From contig OX597814.1 in the NCBI GenBank assembly GCA_951406725.2, forward strand, positions 83,018,001 to 83,082,000: DNA of 64,000 bases, written 5' to 3'. The translations under genes were made by a program, and so were the position numbers. The stretch comes from Octopus vulgaris. Taxonomy: Eukaryota. The notes under the pieces are model-generated. The model made no database searches. It saw only the letters and a list, made by a program, of their open reading frames with translations, and was not told the DNA's origin. Numbering within the stretch: the stretch's first letter is position 1; the number at the start of each line of letters is the position of its first letter. This document shows positions 37,600 through 52,215 of the stretch, one piece after another.

Positions 37600-37800
37600 T
37601 CATCATCATCCTTTAATGTTCGGTTTCTATGCTTGTATGGGTTGGACAGTTTGACTGGAGCTGGCAAACCAGAGAGCTGCACCAGGTTCCAGTATGATTT
37701 GGTTTGGTTGCTATGGCTGGATGCCCTTCTTAATACCAACCATTTTACAGTGTATGCTGAGTGCTTTTAACATGCCACGTACAAGTGCTTGCACATGGCA
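37600..37800 (-). mobile_element. Family C repeat
   Basis: (CAT)n..GGATGCCCTTCTTAATACCAAC. Confidence 0.7.
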
Positions 37801-37867
37801 CTGGCATGAGTGCTTTTTACTTTTTATAGATGTATCCGTGTGTATATATATGCATACATACATACAT

Positions 37868-38290
37868 CAGGAAAGTGAGAAAGGCTTTTACGTGTTGAGC
37901 TTACACTCTTCAACAGAAAGAAACACAAGGAAATGAACAAAGAATAAAAAATCTTGTGGATTTAGTAATCAATCATGGTGACTGGTTGGAAAAAGGTAGT
38001 TGGATAGGAGTGCTAGGAAGAAGGGGAGATAATAAGGTACTGGTGATTCCAAAATGAAGGTCCATGTGTGTATGTGAGTGTGTAAATGTTTGCGTGTGGA
38101 TAGGGGCTAGTAACTTTGACGTGTGGATGTGTAAGCGTGTGCATCTGTAATGTGTGGTTGTGTGGATGATGGTGTGTGGTGTGGATGATGGTGTGTGGTG
38201 TGGGTGCTGGGAAGTGGTCAGTACTATTGTGTGTGGAGTGGTATCAGGTGGTGTGGTGTGGTGGTGATGGTGGCATGTGGGTTTGTTTGT
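37868..38290 (-). mobile_element. Degraded Penelope-like terminal repeat with hammerhead relic
   Basis: Minus strand about 37918-37884: TCTG-TTGAAGA-GTGTAAGCTC-AACAC-GTA-AAAG. Confidence 0.45.
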
Positions 38291-40934
38291 TTGTGTGTGT
38301 GTATATCTAAAATGCTTATGTACGAGAACAATTATAGCCTCATAATTCTAGAATTTTACTCTGTAATGTTTTATTAAACTCTAATATTACTTCAGCACAA
38401 TAGCATTAGCAGGTATGATACTGAATGATTTTTTTTAATTTGCCAGAAAGAATCTTCAGAACAGTACAATACAAATGTTCTTAGTGATATTTGAAAAGTT
38501 TTATTTCTTCTACAGCATTTGCTAATGACACTACCAATGTACCAATGAAATTTTATTTATTATCTCTACTAAACTATATTATACCAAAATAATTAACACC
38601 ACCACCAAAAATCATTTCTAACAACTATGCAATTATGCAATCATTATTATTTTCCATCAGTGCTATGAGAATTATTGCCATTATGCTATTGTATACACCA
38701 ATATAGTTATAATAATCATCTCCCTCCTCCTTTTCATACTACTACTACTTCTAAAAGTTCAAATAATAGTTACAAGATAATTTACTCAGATGGTTCAATG
38801 TTGTGGTTAATTTGCTCTCAACAAAATCCTTAAATCTCAAGACAGCATGTTTCACAATAAATGTGAGATTCTATAGCTACAAATGTGATTGGATGATTCA
38901 TTTGATTAGCTATTTCTACAATTAACTTCACAGACAAAGCTAAAGAGAACTACTCAACAACCATAATCACAACAACATCCTAAAATAATTATCGCTTCCC
39001 ATTTGATCTGGAAAACATACACATACAAACAGAGATGCACTCACACTATACATATGAAGTTGATCTAGACAACATGTGATTTAGTAGATCTAAATTAAGT
39101 ATTATTTTGCCTAACACTCTTACTAAATCTTAAGGAATTGAAGCTGTCTCATAGGAATAAAACTCATTAAGACAAATTCTATTTTATATATATTTAGAAC
39201 ATTTGATCATGTACAAAGAGAGCAAAATAGTTAAAGCATGGCACCTACACTGATATATTGCATCACACACAACACATTTTCTCTGCTGTGTTGCATCTGA
39301 CATAATGTGCCTTTGCTATTACACTATACTACAAATCATGCTTTGCCTCATTGTACTGCACAGCTAATCACTGCATGGCTGAACATTAAGTGTTATCTAA
39401 AAGGAAACTTAAACATGGTGTAGTCTGGTTTTCTCCTAAATGTTTTATCATATATCTTTGTGTCAATTTCATGAGCAGCACTGAATAGGTTACTAAAAAA
39501 AATAAATAAATAAAGGGCAGAATGTCTTCTTACCTGCATAGAAATTATTTACTTTTATTTTGTCACTATGAACCTTAGGCCTATTATTAATACATTCTAA
39601 TAGTTAGAGAGCAACCCATCACATACCATGTGCTGCAAGCATTTGTTTTAAATTGCTTCTTGTGATTATTTATCTATACATATCCCTTTAAGCCAGGTTG
39701 GTCTAACTATGGACATCAAAGAAATTAGCCCCTTCATTTAGACACCATATCCTGCCAATGTTTTTCCACATCACCAAACAACAATTTAAAATGAACATTA
39801 ATAACACTGACTCTATGTTGTTGCCCATATACATCAATAGAAGAAATGTCTGAAGCACTTACTTTGTTTACAGACTAAAGAATAAATAAATAAAATAACT
39901 TGTTTTACCAAGAAAGGAGGAAAATTGTGTACCAGAATGGGTTTTGAAAAGTAAACCAATCTCTCTGTAATAGATATATAACTGCAGTTATTTTCTAAGG
40001 TTATTTATTTGCAGAATGAATGTTGATTTGCTTTTTTCACAAACTTATACTATAAATGTTGCTTGCTGAGAAATAAGCAGATTTTTAACTGCTGTTGTTT
40101 ACTTATTTTTTGATTTAGAGTTTTTTTTCCATATTTGAATCAAGAAGATTTTGATGTCTAAAAGTAAATTAGTCATGATTACTTCATTTTTACTTTAAGA
40201 TTGCAAACACATTGCTTTTACTTGTTTAGACTCAGCAACTGCAAGACCACTTTTGAATTCTGTTCTCTTGCTGCCTCCTTTATATGACTCTCATTTTGTA
40301 TTTTTCTAAATTTTTCTTCTTCAGAAAACTTTCCTTCATAAACACCTTCCTTTCCTTCTAACATTAACAACACTAATTTCACCTATTTTTATAAAAGATA
40401 CATTTTTTAATATTATAAAGGCACAGGAGGAGAAGCAATGTTCATCAGCTTTGCAGGCCTTCAAAGACTGGAAATTTAATACAATATTTCAACTTCTGTG
40501 ATTTGATACATGTAGAGAAAACATTCTGTGTATGATTTTTCAGAAATTCTGGTGAGAAAGGAGGAGTAAAAAGGTTTGGGAAATGAGACACAGTAGACAT
40601 AACAAGAGAAAAAATGTGTGATAAATAGTGTGGTATGCAACTTATTAGTTCAAATGTTCACAAACTGTTATAATAGTTAGTAGCTGTAAAGAAGGTACAT
40701 GTTGTTAATAGGATGGTAGTTTTAGTTTGCTGGTAAGTGTAGTTTGCCAGTCTGCCCGATAGCTTTTTACTTGTGTGAGTGTGTGTGTGTGTGTAGTTCC
40801 CAGTTTGTCTAATTGGTAATGATTTCCTTCTGTAGCTGCTTAACATTGTAGAAAACACCTTTTTTTAAGGAGGTGGGGCTCATAAAAATTAGTGTTAGCA
40901 TGCAGTAGAGACAGTCAAAGCATTTACTAATACC

Positions 40935-41167
40935 TATTTCTTTACTACCCACAAGGGGCTAAACACAGAGAGGACAAACAAGGACAAACAAACGGATTAA
41001 GTCGATTATATCGACCCCAGTGCGTAACGGGTATTTATTTAATCGACCCCAAAAGGATGAAAGGCAAAGTTGACCTTGGTGGAATTTGAACTCAGAACGT
41101 AGCAGCAGACGAAATACCGCTAAGCATTTCACCCGGCATCCTAACGATTCTGCCAGCTTGCCGCCCT
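40935..41167 (-). mobile_element. Young full-length SINE family A with 16-bp TSD AGCATTTACTAATACC
   Basis: Direct repeats at 40919-40934 and 41168-41183; intact head GGCGGCAAGCTGGCAGAATCGTTAG. Confidence 0.9.
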
Positions 41168-43411
41168 AGCATTTACTAATACCCGTGCTTTAAAATTCAC
41201 TTGTTTAATGTTAAAATATGAATCAACCATAACCACAAACACACACACACAAAGAAAAAAGACACATTTTTTCTGCGATAGTGACCTGGTGACATTTTGC
41301 AACCAGAAAGTTAGGAAGGTATTGATTAAAATGTGTAATATATGTTTAGTAAAATATCAATTATACGATGCCATTCTTAAAGTGAAAAACTATCATAATT
41401 ATAAAACTTTATTATTCAACTCAATTTATTATCAAATCAATCAGAGTCTGCCAAAAATTCTTTTTTCCATTCTCATTTTATAGTAAAACAAATTGTACAG
41501 CAATTGCAATCAGTTTTTTTTTTCTTTGTGATATGAAAATATCGCCAAATAATGAATTCTCTTGTGTCATTCATGACTGAAGATATGTCTTTCATCATTT
41601 TGCTAAACTACAGCTAATATTCATTTAGCTGCAGCAGTAATTGGAGGAATTACAAGTAAAATTGCCAAATTGTACAAATCTCTGATATTAGGTACAGTGT
41701 CTTTCATTCAGATGGTTGACAATGTCAGCCAAACAAAGAGGTCTTTCTCATAGAAACTTCAAATGCTGGAAGTTGTGATGAGAATTAATGGTAATGTCAT
41801 TGGTGTATCTGTCCTGAATAAAATGTTCACTTTGCTAATTGCCTTTTGAAGCAAAGTTTTTAATCTCACATATACCTTGTGACTTCCCTGATCAAAATAT
41901 TACTTGAAAGAAGACATTATTGTATCTACAGCTTCAGAATGAACATCCCCTCTCCAAATCCCTTTTCAGCTTTTTTAGGAATCTGCAGTGTATTTCTTAT
42001 ACTGTTTGCCTTACTTTCTAACCTTTTTCTATCTTCCTCATTTAAACATGCTCTCTCTCTCTCTCTCGCACGCACGCACGCACACACAGAGACAGTCAGA
42101 CAGACATAGGCAGCTGTACACAAGGGTGTATACAGATACATACTTGTTGTTGCTGTCAGTTCCTTAATTTTTGCTATTCTCTTTAATTGTTGCATGAATC
42201 CATTGTCATAGTTTTAATTTTTGTATCAATCAGAATGTCTTTTGTCATATGGCCCAATTATTTAGACATAGCAGTGAACTGACAAAATTACATGATTATA
42301 TTTTTTAATGGCTATTTTCAGCCAATCAGATTATTTACTTGAGATCTACTCAGAATAGTCATTTCAAACCTATTTTTCTCAAAAAACAACAGCTGTTTGC
42401 TACATGTTAATTAGAGTTGGAAAAGAATGTAATTGGATTCCCTGACATTTCAAATTTTGAACTAACAAACACATACTGAAAAGAACATGCTAACAAATAT
42501 GTTAGTATTCTAAAAGACACATACTTATGGTCTCATACCAAAGGTTTAACTTTTTATTCTGTAATCTATTGAATTTTATTAACTGTTGCTTATAAGCAAT
42601 AATTATTTGGGAAAAATATATTTGAACTTTCATACTGAAAATGTTTGTCCATTTCCAGACAGTTATATTCTTTGAACACTTTTTCAATACAGCATGTGAT
42701 TTTTCAGGCAATATTTTCTGTGAGGGAATTATCATACATCTGCTAATCATATTTTTGTAAATATTCGGCTGCATAAATTTATATTGGTAAACTATCTGCT
42801 GCTATCATTAACTGTGCCATGTTCTTTGTTGCAGTTCTTTTACACTGAATAGTTAGTCAGGATTTGACATAATTCAGATATTCTTATTAGCATTATTAAT
42901 AATTGTGATATTGTTACTACTTTTCTTGTATTCTCATTTAGTCATTTTTATTCATCTCCAATCATCAAAACTGGAAGTTTTCCACATCCATGGTAACTCA
43001 GGTGCTGAGATAAACAATTAAATCACAGGGGTTATTAAATATTTCTCCATATATTTTTATTCCTTGTTTTTCAAATTTGCTTATCAATTGCATCCACCCT
43101 CTGTGCATCTGTTGATGCCTTTTTAGTTGTTTGCAATGCCTTCGATAAATTGTCTGTATCCAAGTGTAATTACTGGAGAAGATTTAATCCAAACAAGAAA
43201 CTTAATGTTTCCATTTGAGCTAGGTATTCAATTATATGGCCCCAGACAACAGTATCCAATTGTGACTGTACACATTCTTATCCACACTCAACTAGAACTG
43301 AATAATTATTGAATAATTAGTGTACCTGTGCCATCAGAAATAACGGCATGAAAATGATACGGAAAATAAAATTAAAATAAAAACATTACAACCTTTATCT
43401 CAGTAATTGCT

Positions 43412-44345
43412 TCAACACCATGTTCCTAGTGAACCCCTTCCAGTAATGAGTTTGCCTTGTTTTGGATGGTCCTTTACCAACATTTTAATATTATTACAAC
43501 TTCTACTACTCAATGCAACATAAAGTTGTCTATGGTTGAATGCTGGTGATGGTAGGATGATACCAACATTATTGAAACTCTGCTCTTGTGATTTATTTAT
43601 GATCATTGCAAATGCTGGGATAACAAGGAACTTTCATCTACTTATACTATAAGGAAGGGTTGTCCTACTGGGACGGAAGTTGATGCATGGAATAAAGGCC
43701 TCCTCTCCTTTCTTACTTCTATTAAGTATTTTTCCATGAATGAAAAAATCCTTGATGGACAGCACTAAGATCCGAGTCCCTTTGAGTAAACCTCTCATTG
43801 GGTTCAGGTTCCTTAGCAACATGACTATCGAATGCCTTTTCAAGGTCAGTATATGAGGTGGCATCCCAGAAAGCGTCAGTGAATTTAAAAACTCCACTGG
43901 ATAATGTGAACAGTTTCATTATTTTCTTCAACTATTGTGTCAATGCAGATCGTTGTCTCACCAGGCAATAATGACATTATGTCAGTGTTTATATGAAGAC
44001 AATCTTTGTTTTTAGGAGTCAAAATGATTGTTGTTGACACTCAACTGCCTTGAGTTTTGTTATGAAATGCCAGAGAGGAGATTGCTTAATTGAGGACTCA
44101 GTTACTGCTGCATTGGACCCTTGTGGGATGACAGGTGCAGTTTGTCTGAAGTCTCCACCAAGTAGCAGCACTTTTCCACTGAATGGTCTGGGTGGATTCA
44201 TTATTTGCCTAAGTAGCAGATCAGTGGCTCTCAGAACATGGCATGATAACATTGATGCTTCATCAATAATTAAAAGGTGAACCTGCTTTAATTTTTCAGC
44301 TGACTCTGAACGGAGTCTTATGTGAGAGGTGGAACTATCATGCAA
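43412..44345 (-). pseudogene. Helitron Pif1-like helicase C-terminal fragments
   Basis: LLIIDEASM, FSGKVLLLGGDFRQ..PVIP, EFLNSL..SGMPPH.L.LK..VMLLRNLNP, AFAMIINKSQEQSF, QLYVALS. Confidence 0.9.
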
Positions 44346-44921
44346 TTAGTTAGTTAGTTAGTTAGTTAATTTGGCTCAAAAGCAAATAGCAAGGCCATGT
44401 AGGGGGACATGGAGTTAAGTACAGGGTGGTGTTCATGTAAAGAGTTCAGGCCACTTGAGGTCCAGGGAGGCTTTGAACAAAGCGGTCGTCGGCATCTTCA
44501 CCATCTCGTCTGGCAGCTTGTTCCACAGATCCGCAACCCGGACGGAGAAAGCTCCTCTCCTTCGATTGAGATGAAATCGTCGCAGGTAGAGCTTTTCGGA
44601 ATGACCCCGCAGCCGACGCTCTGGAGCAGGAGTGAAGAACAGCTCTTTCGAGAGGTTACACTTTCCGCTTATGATGTTGTGGGCGAGAATGAGATCACCA
44701 CGGCGGCGGCGTTTTTCAAGAGAATAAAGGTCGAGCGTCCTCAGCCTTTCTTCGTAGGACAAATTTTTGAGACCATGAACCATGCGGGTAGCCAGCTTCT
44801 GGACTCTTTCGAGATGCTGTATGTCTTTGAGGAGATAAGGAGAAGAGGCTTGAATCCCGTACTCCAATATGGGTCTCACCAGCGTGACATAGAGTGGTAG
44901 GAATATGGCTGCTGTCAGCAT
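44346..44921 (-). mobile_element. CR1-clade LINE 3' end with (TAAC)n tail
   Basis: LYVTLVRPILEYG..SPY..DIQHLERVQKLATRMV, YEERL, RRRGDLI, LRGH, FSVRV..WNKLP; tail at 44346-44368; GC-rich and uninterrupted. Confidence 0.92.
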
Positions 44922-45299
44922 AGCCTTACCTGAAACGGAAAAAGATCTTGAAGACAAATTTCACCGCTGAAATTCATTCATATTTACAAAAATCACTGTA
45001 TCAGTAAATATTTGTAGATATTTATAATTACCTTCCTTTTATATTTAATTTTCTTTAAACAGACAATATTATCAAGCTTTCTTTCAATAGACAATATTTT
45101 TATTTTATGTCATAAAAATCACTACTTATTTACTTTTATATTCTATTAAGTTTGCAACTTTTTAAGCCAAAAAATCTTCCAGAACAGTCATAGAGATACA
45201 GAAAAGATAATTTTGAGGTGCAAAAGTTGTATTTACTTATATACTGTTATTAATGTTTACCAGGAAAAAATCAGCATTCATTGAATGGAAATATTGTTG

Positions 45300-45565
45300 A
45301 GAGAAAGAGAGTGAAAGAAATAGAGAAAGCGTGGGTGAAAAAGAGAGTGTGCATCTGTAGATAGATAGAGAGAGAGGCAGCATTCATCAATAAAGTAAAA
45401 AGGGTTTTTGTTGTGAGAGAGTTCGAGAGGTGCTGTTTCATACCATTCCCTCTCTCATTGTTATTAACAATTTGTCTCGTCTCTTTTTTACTCTTACTTA
45501 ACTCTGTTACTCCCTCACTGCGTGATTTTGGGCAAACTTACAAGCAAACTCATTATTATAATAGA
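45300..45565 (-). mobile_element. Putative 5' end of the Helitron carrying the helicase
   Basis: A|TCTATTATAATAATGAGTTTGCTTGTAAGTTTG on the minus strand starting at 45565. Confidence 0.5.
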
Positions 45566-45644
45566 TTTTCAAGGGTTCATCAAAGGAAGAAGGCAGCAGC
45601 TTGTACTACTGTCCATCTAGTTTCACTCAAGGTTAAGATATCAC

Positions 45645-46240
45645 AAAGTGGCAGTGTGGTAAGAAGTTTGCTTCCTGACCACATGGTTCTGGGTTCAGTC
45701 TCACTGCATAAAACTTTGGTATCTTCTATTATAGCCTCAGGCTAACCAAAAACTTGTGAGTGGATTTACTAGATAGAAACTGAAAGAAGTCCATTATGTG
45801 TGTGTGTCTTTGAGTCTGTCATTGTCCCCCATCACTGCTTGACAACTGGCATTGGTGCATTTATCATCATCATCATTTAACGCCTGCTTTCTATGCTAGC
45901 ATGGGTTGGACAATTTGACTGAGGGCTGGCAAACCAGATGGCTGCACCAGGCTCCAATCTGATCTGGCAGAGTTTCTACAGCTGGATGCCCTTCCTAACA
46001 CCAACCACTCCAAGAGTGTAGTGGGTGCTTTTATGTGCCACCGGCACGAGGGCCAGTCAGGCAGTACTAGCAACATCCATGCTTAAATGGTGTTTTTTCG
46101 TGCCACCTGCACAGGAGCCAGTCCAACGACACTGGCAATAAATTAGTAATTTGGCAAAAGAGACCAATAGAATAAGTACCAGGCTTTAAAAAACTAAGTA
46201 CTGGGGTTGACTTGTTTAGTTAAAGTTCTTCAATGACTAC
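45645..46240 (+). mobile_element. SINE family B interrupted by an antisense family C copy (45864-46140)
   Basis: B head at 45650, B tail resumes at about 46145; insert begins with (CAT)n. Confidence 0.75.
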
Positions 46241-47756
46241 AAGCAAAAGATGAAAGATGTTGACTGTTTTCAGAGCCTTCCATGTTTTTATTTTTCTTCA
46301 GATCACTTAGTAACTCACCCTTTTTATTGAATATTTGATCAAAGTAACAAGTTCTTTACTGTCACTCATCACATCAATTAGTATTTTACATTTCATTGTA
46401 GTATCTTTTAAGCTCAAACAAAGAATGTGTTGTGTTACTAAAGCCTTCAGCTGAAGTACTAGGCCACTCCAGATTATTTTCCTTTAGCTCCATTAGAGCA
46501 CACTATCTACAGTTGAATGAACACAATTGAAATGTTGTGAATATATCTATGATAACTGAAGATATTGTTGAATATTTTATGGCTGATTAGCAAGGAAGCC
46601 CAGAAATTCCTCATTGGTCAATAAGTGTTTGTCAACTCAAAAAACTCTTAATGTAAGTTGTTCTTTATTGGATGCATCTGTAATATTCGTAAGCTGTAAT
46701 TGTAAAGCAAATAAATAAAGAAAAGAAAAGAAAAGAAAGCTTCTGCGTTCCTATTTCAGCAAGTAAATCTCATAAAGTTAACCATTATAAAATAGATCAC
46801 ATTTTGTATCTTTTGTACATCATAGCTAAGTTATCTATGTTTTAGCTATGTTAAACCAAGCTGAAATCAGCTGAGCTCTTTCTGTCAACTGTGTTAGATG
46901 ATTCAACATTTCTTTGCATGACAATTCCTTGTTAGCAAAAGAAGTACAAATACTCAATATTTTTTACTATATATTTACTATTTGTTTGCATATGTTTTCT
47001 CACAGTTTCAGCCAACTATTCTCTAACACTTAAGAATCTGTACATGCAGTTCTGACACAGCATGACAACATTCATAGAGTTGGTGATTTTCAAAGTGTTG
47101 ACAAACTTTTTTTTCCATTTACAAAATCCTTTTGAAAAAGGCCCTTTCTTTACTTCTAACATGCTGTAGTTTCCAATTATCTTTATATTAATGGACAGAA
47201 AAGAAACAAAGCAATATGCACATTTGTAGGTATGGTCATAATGAATGAAATCAAAAGCAGTGAAACAACTTGAAAAGAATGATTTTGGTTGTCAATCTGC
47301 TTTGGAAATTAAAATTGGTGGATGATTTGGTTAAGTAATAGAAACAAACCTAAGATGGTTTTGCTGTCTGGTTGCACTGATGTTTATTGTGACAATGAAA
47401 CTGAAGCTAAAGCAACAGAAAGCCCCTTAGTAGAAGTCTCTGATTTTTATTGTTGGTTAAACCTGAAACTATTTAATTTCCTTATTAAACATAGCTTTTT
47501 AAAACAAAGTAAGACATTTTCCTAGTGAACATTCAACAAATATATAAGGAGTGGGGGAAAAAGAGAGAGAGAGAGAAAGTGAGCTAGTGATACAATGTAA
47601 AGTTATCTAGTATGTAAGTTCAAACAAAACATCTGAAAGGATTCGAATATAAAATTACCTTTAACCCACATCTCCTGCAAAATAAACACTTTTGTTACTG
47701 ATGTATATGTGCATATGTCTCTGTATGAAAGAAGTATGACAGAGAAAAAAGTACTG

Positions 47757-47800
<44 letters not shown>

Positions 47801-47802
47801 TG

Positions 47803-47833
<31 letters not shown>

Positions 47834-47873
47834 AACATGAACACATTTTCATATGAATGTATGTGTGTGTGTG

Positions 47874-47911
<38 letters not shown>

Positions 47912-47915
<4 letters not shown>

Positions 47916-48817
47916 GAGGTATGCAAATAAAGCCAGAATTTTGCAATATTATTTTATTCACTTAGTTTTACATGTTTACACTTTTATCGCTTTCAAAATA
48001 TTCTCTGTCTGGAGCAATGCAGTTGTCCAAATGCATTTTCCACTGTTGGAAGCAGTGCTGGAACTCTTGCAAAGTGATGCCTTTTAATGCCTCCATCATT
48101 TTTTATTCACCTCTTCCACATCTGCAAATTCCATAACACAAGCTTTTATCACCAGTGATGACCTTTAAAATAAGGTCCGGATCAACTTCCAGCTGTTCTT
48201 TGCAGTTCATGACATGCATTCAGTTGTAACTGCTTTTGATCTTCTGTGAGCAAGAAAGGCACAAAATTTGCTGCAACTCTTTTCATTTGCAATTCCTAGC
48301 TCAAAATTCATTGATCAGAGCTCCAGGACACACCAGTCATATCAACAAGTTCATCAATTGTTTGGTGATGGTCCTCCAAGATCAGTTCATGAATCTTCAT
48401 GATTTTTTCATTTGTTTGGATAGTCAGCAGTCACCCTGAAGAAGGTTGGTCCTCAAGGGACAAGTAAATGTTCCAAAAGCATGGAAACCACTCATAAACT
48501 TATGCTCTAGTCATGGAAGTGTCCTTGTAAGCTGTTTGAAGCATGACAACTGTTTCAGCTGCCATTTTCCTCAGCAGAAAACAGAATTTCACAGAAGCAT
48601 GTTCTTCCTTCTTTTCAGCCATCGTAAAAATTGATAAACAGGGAAGAAGCACTGCAAAACAATGATGCACCACATAGCAATATGACATCACTCAGCAACG
48701 CTGGTCAGCAGACTGATGCCTGAGGGTTGCATCAAGTGGCTTCCAGTGGCAGTAGTCCGAACTACAACAGGTTTGTCTCACAAATGATATGTCTGGTTAC
48801 TTTCGGGTCCCCCCTCA
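47912..48817 (-). mobile_element. Second internally deleted mariner, more decayed
   Basis: TA-flanked TIRs; MAEKKEEHASVKFCFLL; colinear with 22021-22922. Confidence 0.9.
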
Positions 48818-51800
48818 TATATATATATATATATATATATTGCTTAGGCATTATGATACTAACAACCTGGTGCAGAACTGCAGAAATCATTATACATATG
48901 CTTCTGAATGAAGCGCTAGTCGAGTACAAAGGAATAACTGATTATCTCATGATCTTCATTAGCTTACAGCTGTTTGCACTATAAGATGCAAAGGACTCAT
49001 ATTTGAGTGACAGAGAACACCTTACAGTTTCATCATAGCCTCAAACCTGAAATACAATGTTTGAAGCTTTGTCATCTTTTTCTCATATGTGTGTGTGTGT
49101 GTCTTAGTGTGGCAAGAGACTGAGAAGAAGCAAGGTTTATCCAGCTTGATGGCAATTGCTATTTAACACATTCAGACCTGAATTATTTGTTTGTATCAGA
49201 AAAGTAAGTTTTGATTACTTGAAAATAGCTCATATATAGTCCTGTGTAGGTTACAGTCAGAATTTTGAAAACTTATCACTTTGAAAATAACCTGTATAAA
49301 TTTCCGCATGGTATATCAAACTGTGAGTGAATATGAAATATGACGTTCTCACAAATCTTAATTATAGATGACTCTGTTCGATATGTCTACAGAATTCAGT
49401 AAATATACTGTTCCGATCAAGAATAATATGACAATCTGCATGCTCTTGCAGCATGTATACTAACAATGTTATTATCTAGCTGTCTGTTCTAAATAATATT
49501 TGAGACTCTTATTAAACTTAAATTTCATTTGATTCTCAACATTAAGAAAGTAAAGCTTGTGAGTTGGAGTTGGACTTTATTGTTGTGGAGCTAATAAATT
49601 TTAAGTTACAGAGTCATTAATTTACTACTACTCTATCACCACTGTTTCCTCATGTTGGTTATGAAAATTTAATACTACACATACACACACCATAATAAAC
49701 TAAGACAAAGTACTCAAACACACAATGCTGATATAAAAGGCAAGTAACACTCAATAATATCTCTAATCAAAGGATTGCTGTGTATACTTAATACAACTTA
49801 AATAATTTGAATATTCAATTAAAGCATGAAATGAGAACATCTATTCACATTTAATTTTCTCTGTCCTTTAGGCAGGAATTAAGCTAGTCTTATTAAACAA
49901 ATTTTTTTAAATGAAACAAGCGATTTTCCCCTGCAGAAGTTCAAATTTTACTTAATTATATTAACCTGATAAATTAGAACTCTTAATTCATTCATACCTG
50001 TAACATTGTAAAACAGAATCTGAAGAAACTAGTGATGTTATACGTTGGCATGTTGTAATCTCTATATAAATTCATGGATTGTCTGTATATCCCACTGCAA
50101 ATATATTCTATACAACAAAATTTCTTTCTTCCAGCTGTACATGTGCCTGTGTACTTGTATACTTGTTAGTTTCCTTCTCTTTATCACACACACATTGCAG
50201 ATACATAATGAATACATGTCCTTACAACAAATACTACAGTGCTCACTTGTTTTGAATATATCTCATGATATTGTGGAAAAAATAGAGCTAATCACTTGAC
50301 CCTTCCTTTTCAAATATATTCATTAATGATGAATCTTATTATGTTTACAAGAAATAGGAGTGACACTTGTATTTTAAAAGTAAAGTTTATATACTTGTAT
50401 AAATGAAATTTAAGGAGTTTCAGCCTTACCTTTCTGGCAGATTGCCTCTATGTTACAGCTAACACCACATAAATATAGATTGCAATAAAACAATTGGAGA
50501 AAAGTCAGCAATTTAGTTGATTAACAATGTAGAACTAGAATACAATGCTGTCATCTTTCGTTTGCAGTCTGTCTATTCATTTCAGAAACCTTGAGCAGAC
50601 TTCACTATTCTAAGCAAGTTAGCAATAATCTGTTAATGGCAATGACATGCATTTAATGGTTTTGACATATTGATGATTGTTTTAGTAGAGGTTGCTCTAA
50701 GAGAACTCTTATCATTTCTTTTACTCTGATTTGACATGTGACAGCAATGGCATATTTTTCTTTTTCACTGTTCAAGTTGTTCATATGTAGCAGAAGACTT
50801 AGGTGATGGCTATAGTATTGTTGTTGTTATCCTAATGTCAGGCAATCTTGTCTTTAATTCAGGCATAGAATTATGAAGGACAATATTAAATGTGTCCTTC
50901 CATTTTTAGATTGTAGCATATGAACTGAGGAGATTTGACTGTTATTTCTTATAGATTTAGTGACTGCATAGAAACTTCGATCAGTGATATTACTCAGGTT
51001 TTTGTAACTTTTGGTGTATTTTGATTTTTGCTAGGGCTGGCTATCCTAAGACAACATGGTAAATTGTTTTTGCAATTTGTGCACAGTATATATTCAGAGT
51101 TTACTTATCTAATATTTCCTATTATTGGTTTTAATGGTTAGGCATTGAACTTAAGTTGTTCTTTAGAGACTTCCAGCAAAGTGATTTTTGATAGTTTCTA
51201 TTCATTCCTATGAGCCTAATAGAGAATTGAACATGCCAGTTTTTTTCTATTTTCTGCTTATCATCTCTCTCTCTGTTAAAGTGCTTTTTAAAAAAGTTCA
51301 TTCAAAATATTCACTTTATTTTTATTGGTCATCTGTTTCAATTTGAATGCTATATATTGTCATTTCCCTTACAGACAAAATAATTTCTTTTTTTTTCTCC
51401 TTTTTTTCTAAATTATTTGGATTAGTCTTCAACTATTTTCTCATAAATATTTATATAAAACTGCTGTTGCTGTTTTAGTGATTTTCTAATTGCAAAAATC
51501 TTCTTACACCTTCAAATAGTAAATATAACATGACAGCATCTACTTTTTGATAGTTTTATTTGAAGTATTCACAGTAATCTCTTTGGTATTTTTTATTGAG
51601 TCTTTTAAATTTGTTGATCTTCCAATTTACTTACTTTGGACTACAGTTTATTGCTGGTATGGCTAATGTAATAATACTTCATCTTTATTCTTTGAACTTA
51701 GTCTGTCCTGAGTATTTCTTTAATGTATCAATGTCTGATTTTTTTTTCTTTTGTTCTAGGCTATTGTGTACCGTCTTCCTTATTTAATCCAAGATATATT

Positions 51801-51874
51801 CTGAATGCTTTAATATCAATATCATTATTTAAACATTTATTATGGAAATATCTTTATTTAACCATACACTCCCT

Positions 51875-52215
51875 TACTCTTTCAGTTGTTTCAGTCATTT
51901 GACTGTGGCCATGCTGGAGCACCACCTCGAAAGGTTTTAGTCAAACAAATCAATCCCAGGACTTATTTCTTAAGCCCAGTACTTATTCTATTGACCCATT
52001 TTGCTGAACCAACACCAGTTGTCAAATAGTGATGGGGTGACACACACACACACATATATATGATGGGCTTCTTTCAGTTTCCAATTACCAGATCCACTCA
52101 TGAGGTTTTGGTCAGTCTGAGGCCATAGTAGAAGACACCTCCCCAAGGTGGTATGCAGTGGGACTGAACCTGGAACCATGTTGTTGGGAAGCAAGCTGCT
52201 TACCACGCAGCTATG
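51875..52215 (-). mobile_element. SINE family B
   Basis: GTTTCAGTCATTTGACTGTGGCCATGCTGGAGCACC..CAGTGGGACTGAACC. Confidence 0.8.

Noticed and set aside
44409-44900. 163-aa + strand ORF
   Set aside because: Antisense to the CR1 ORF2 end.
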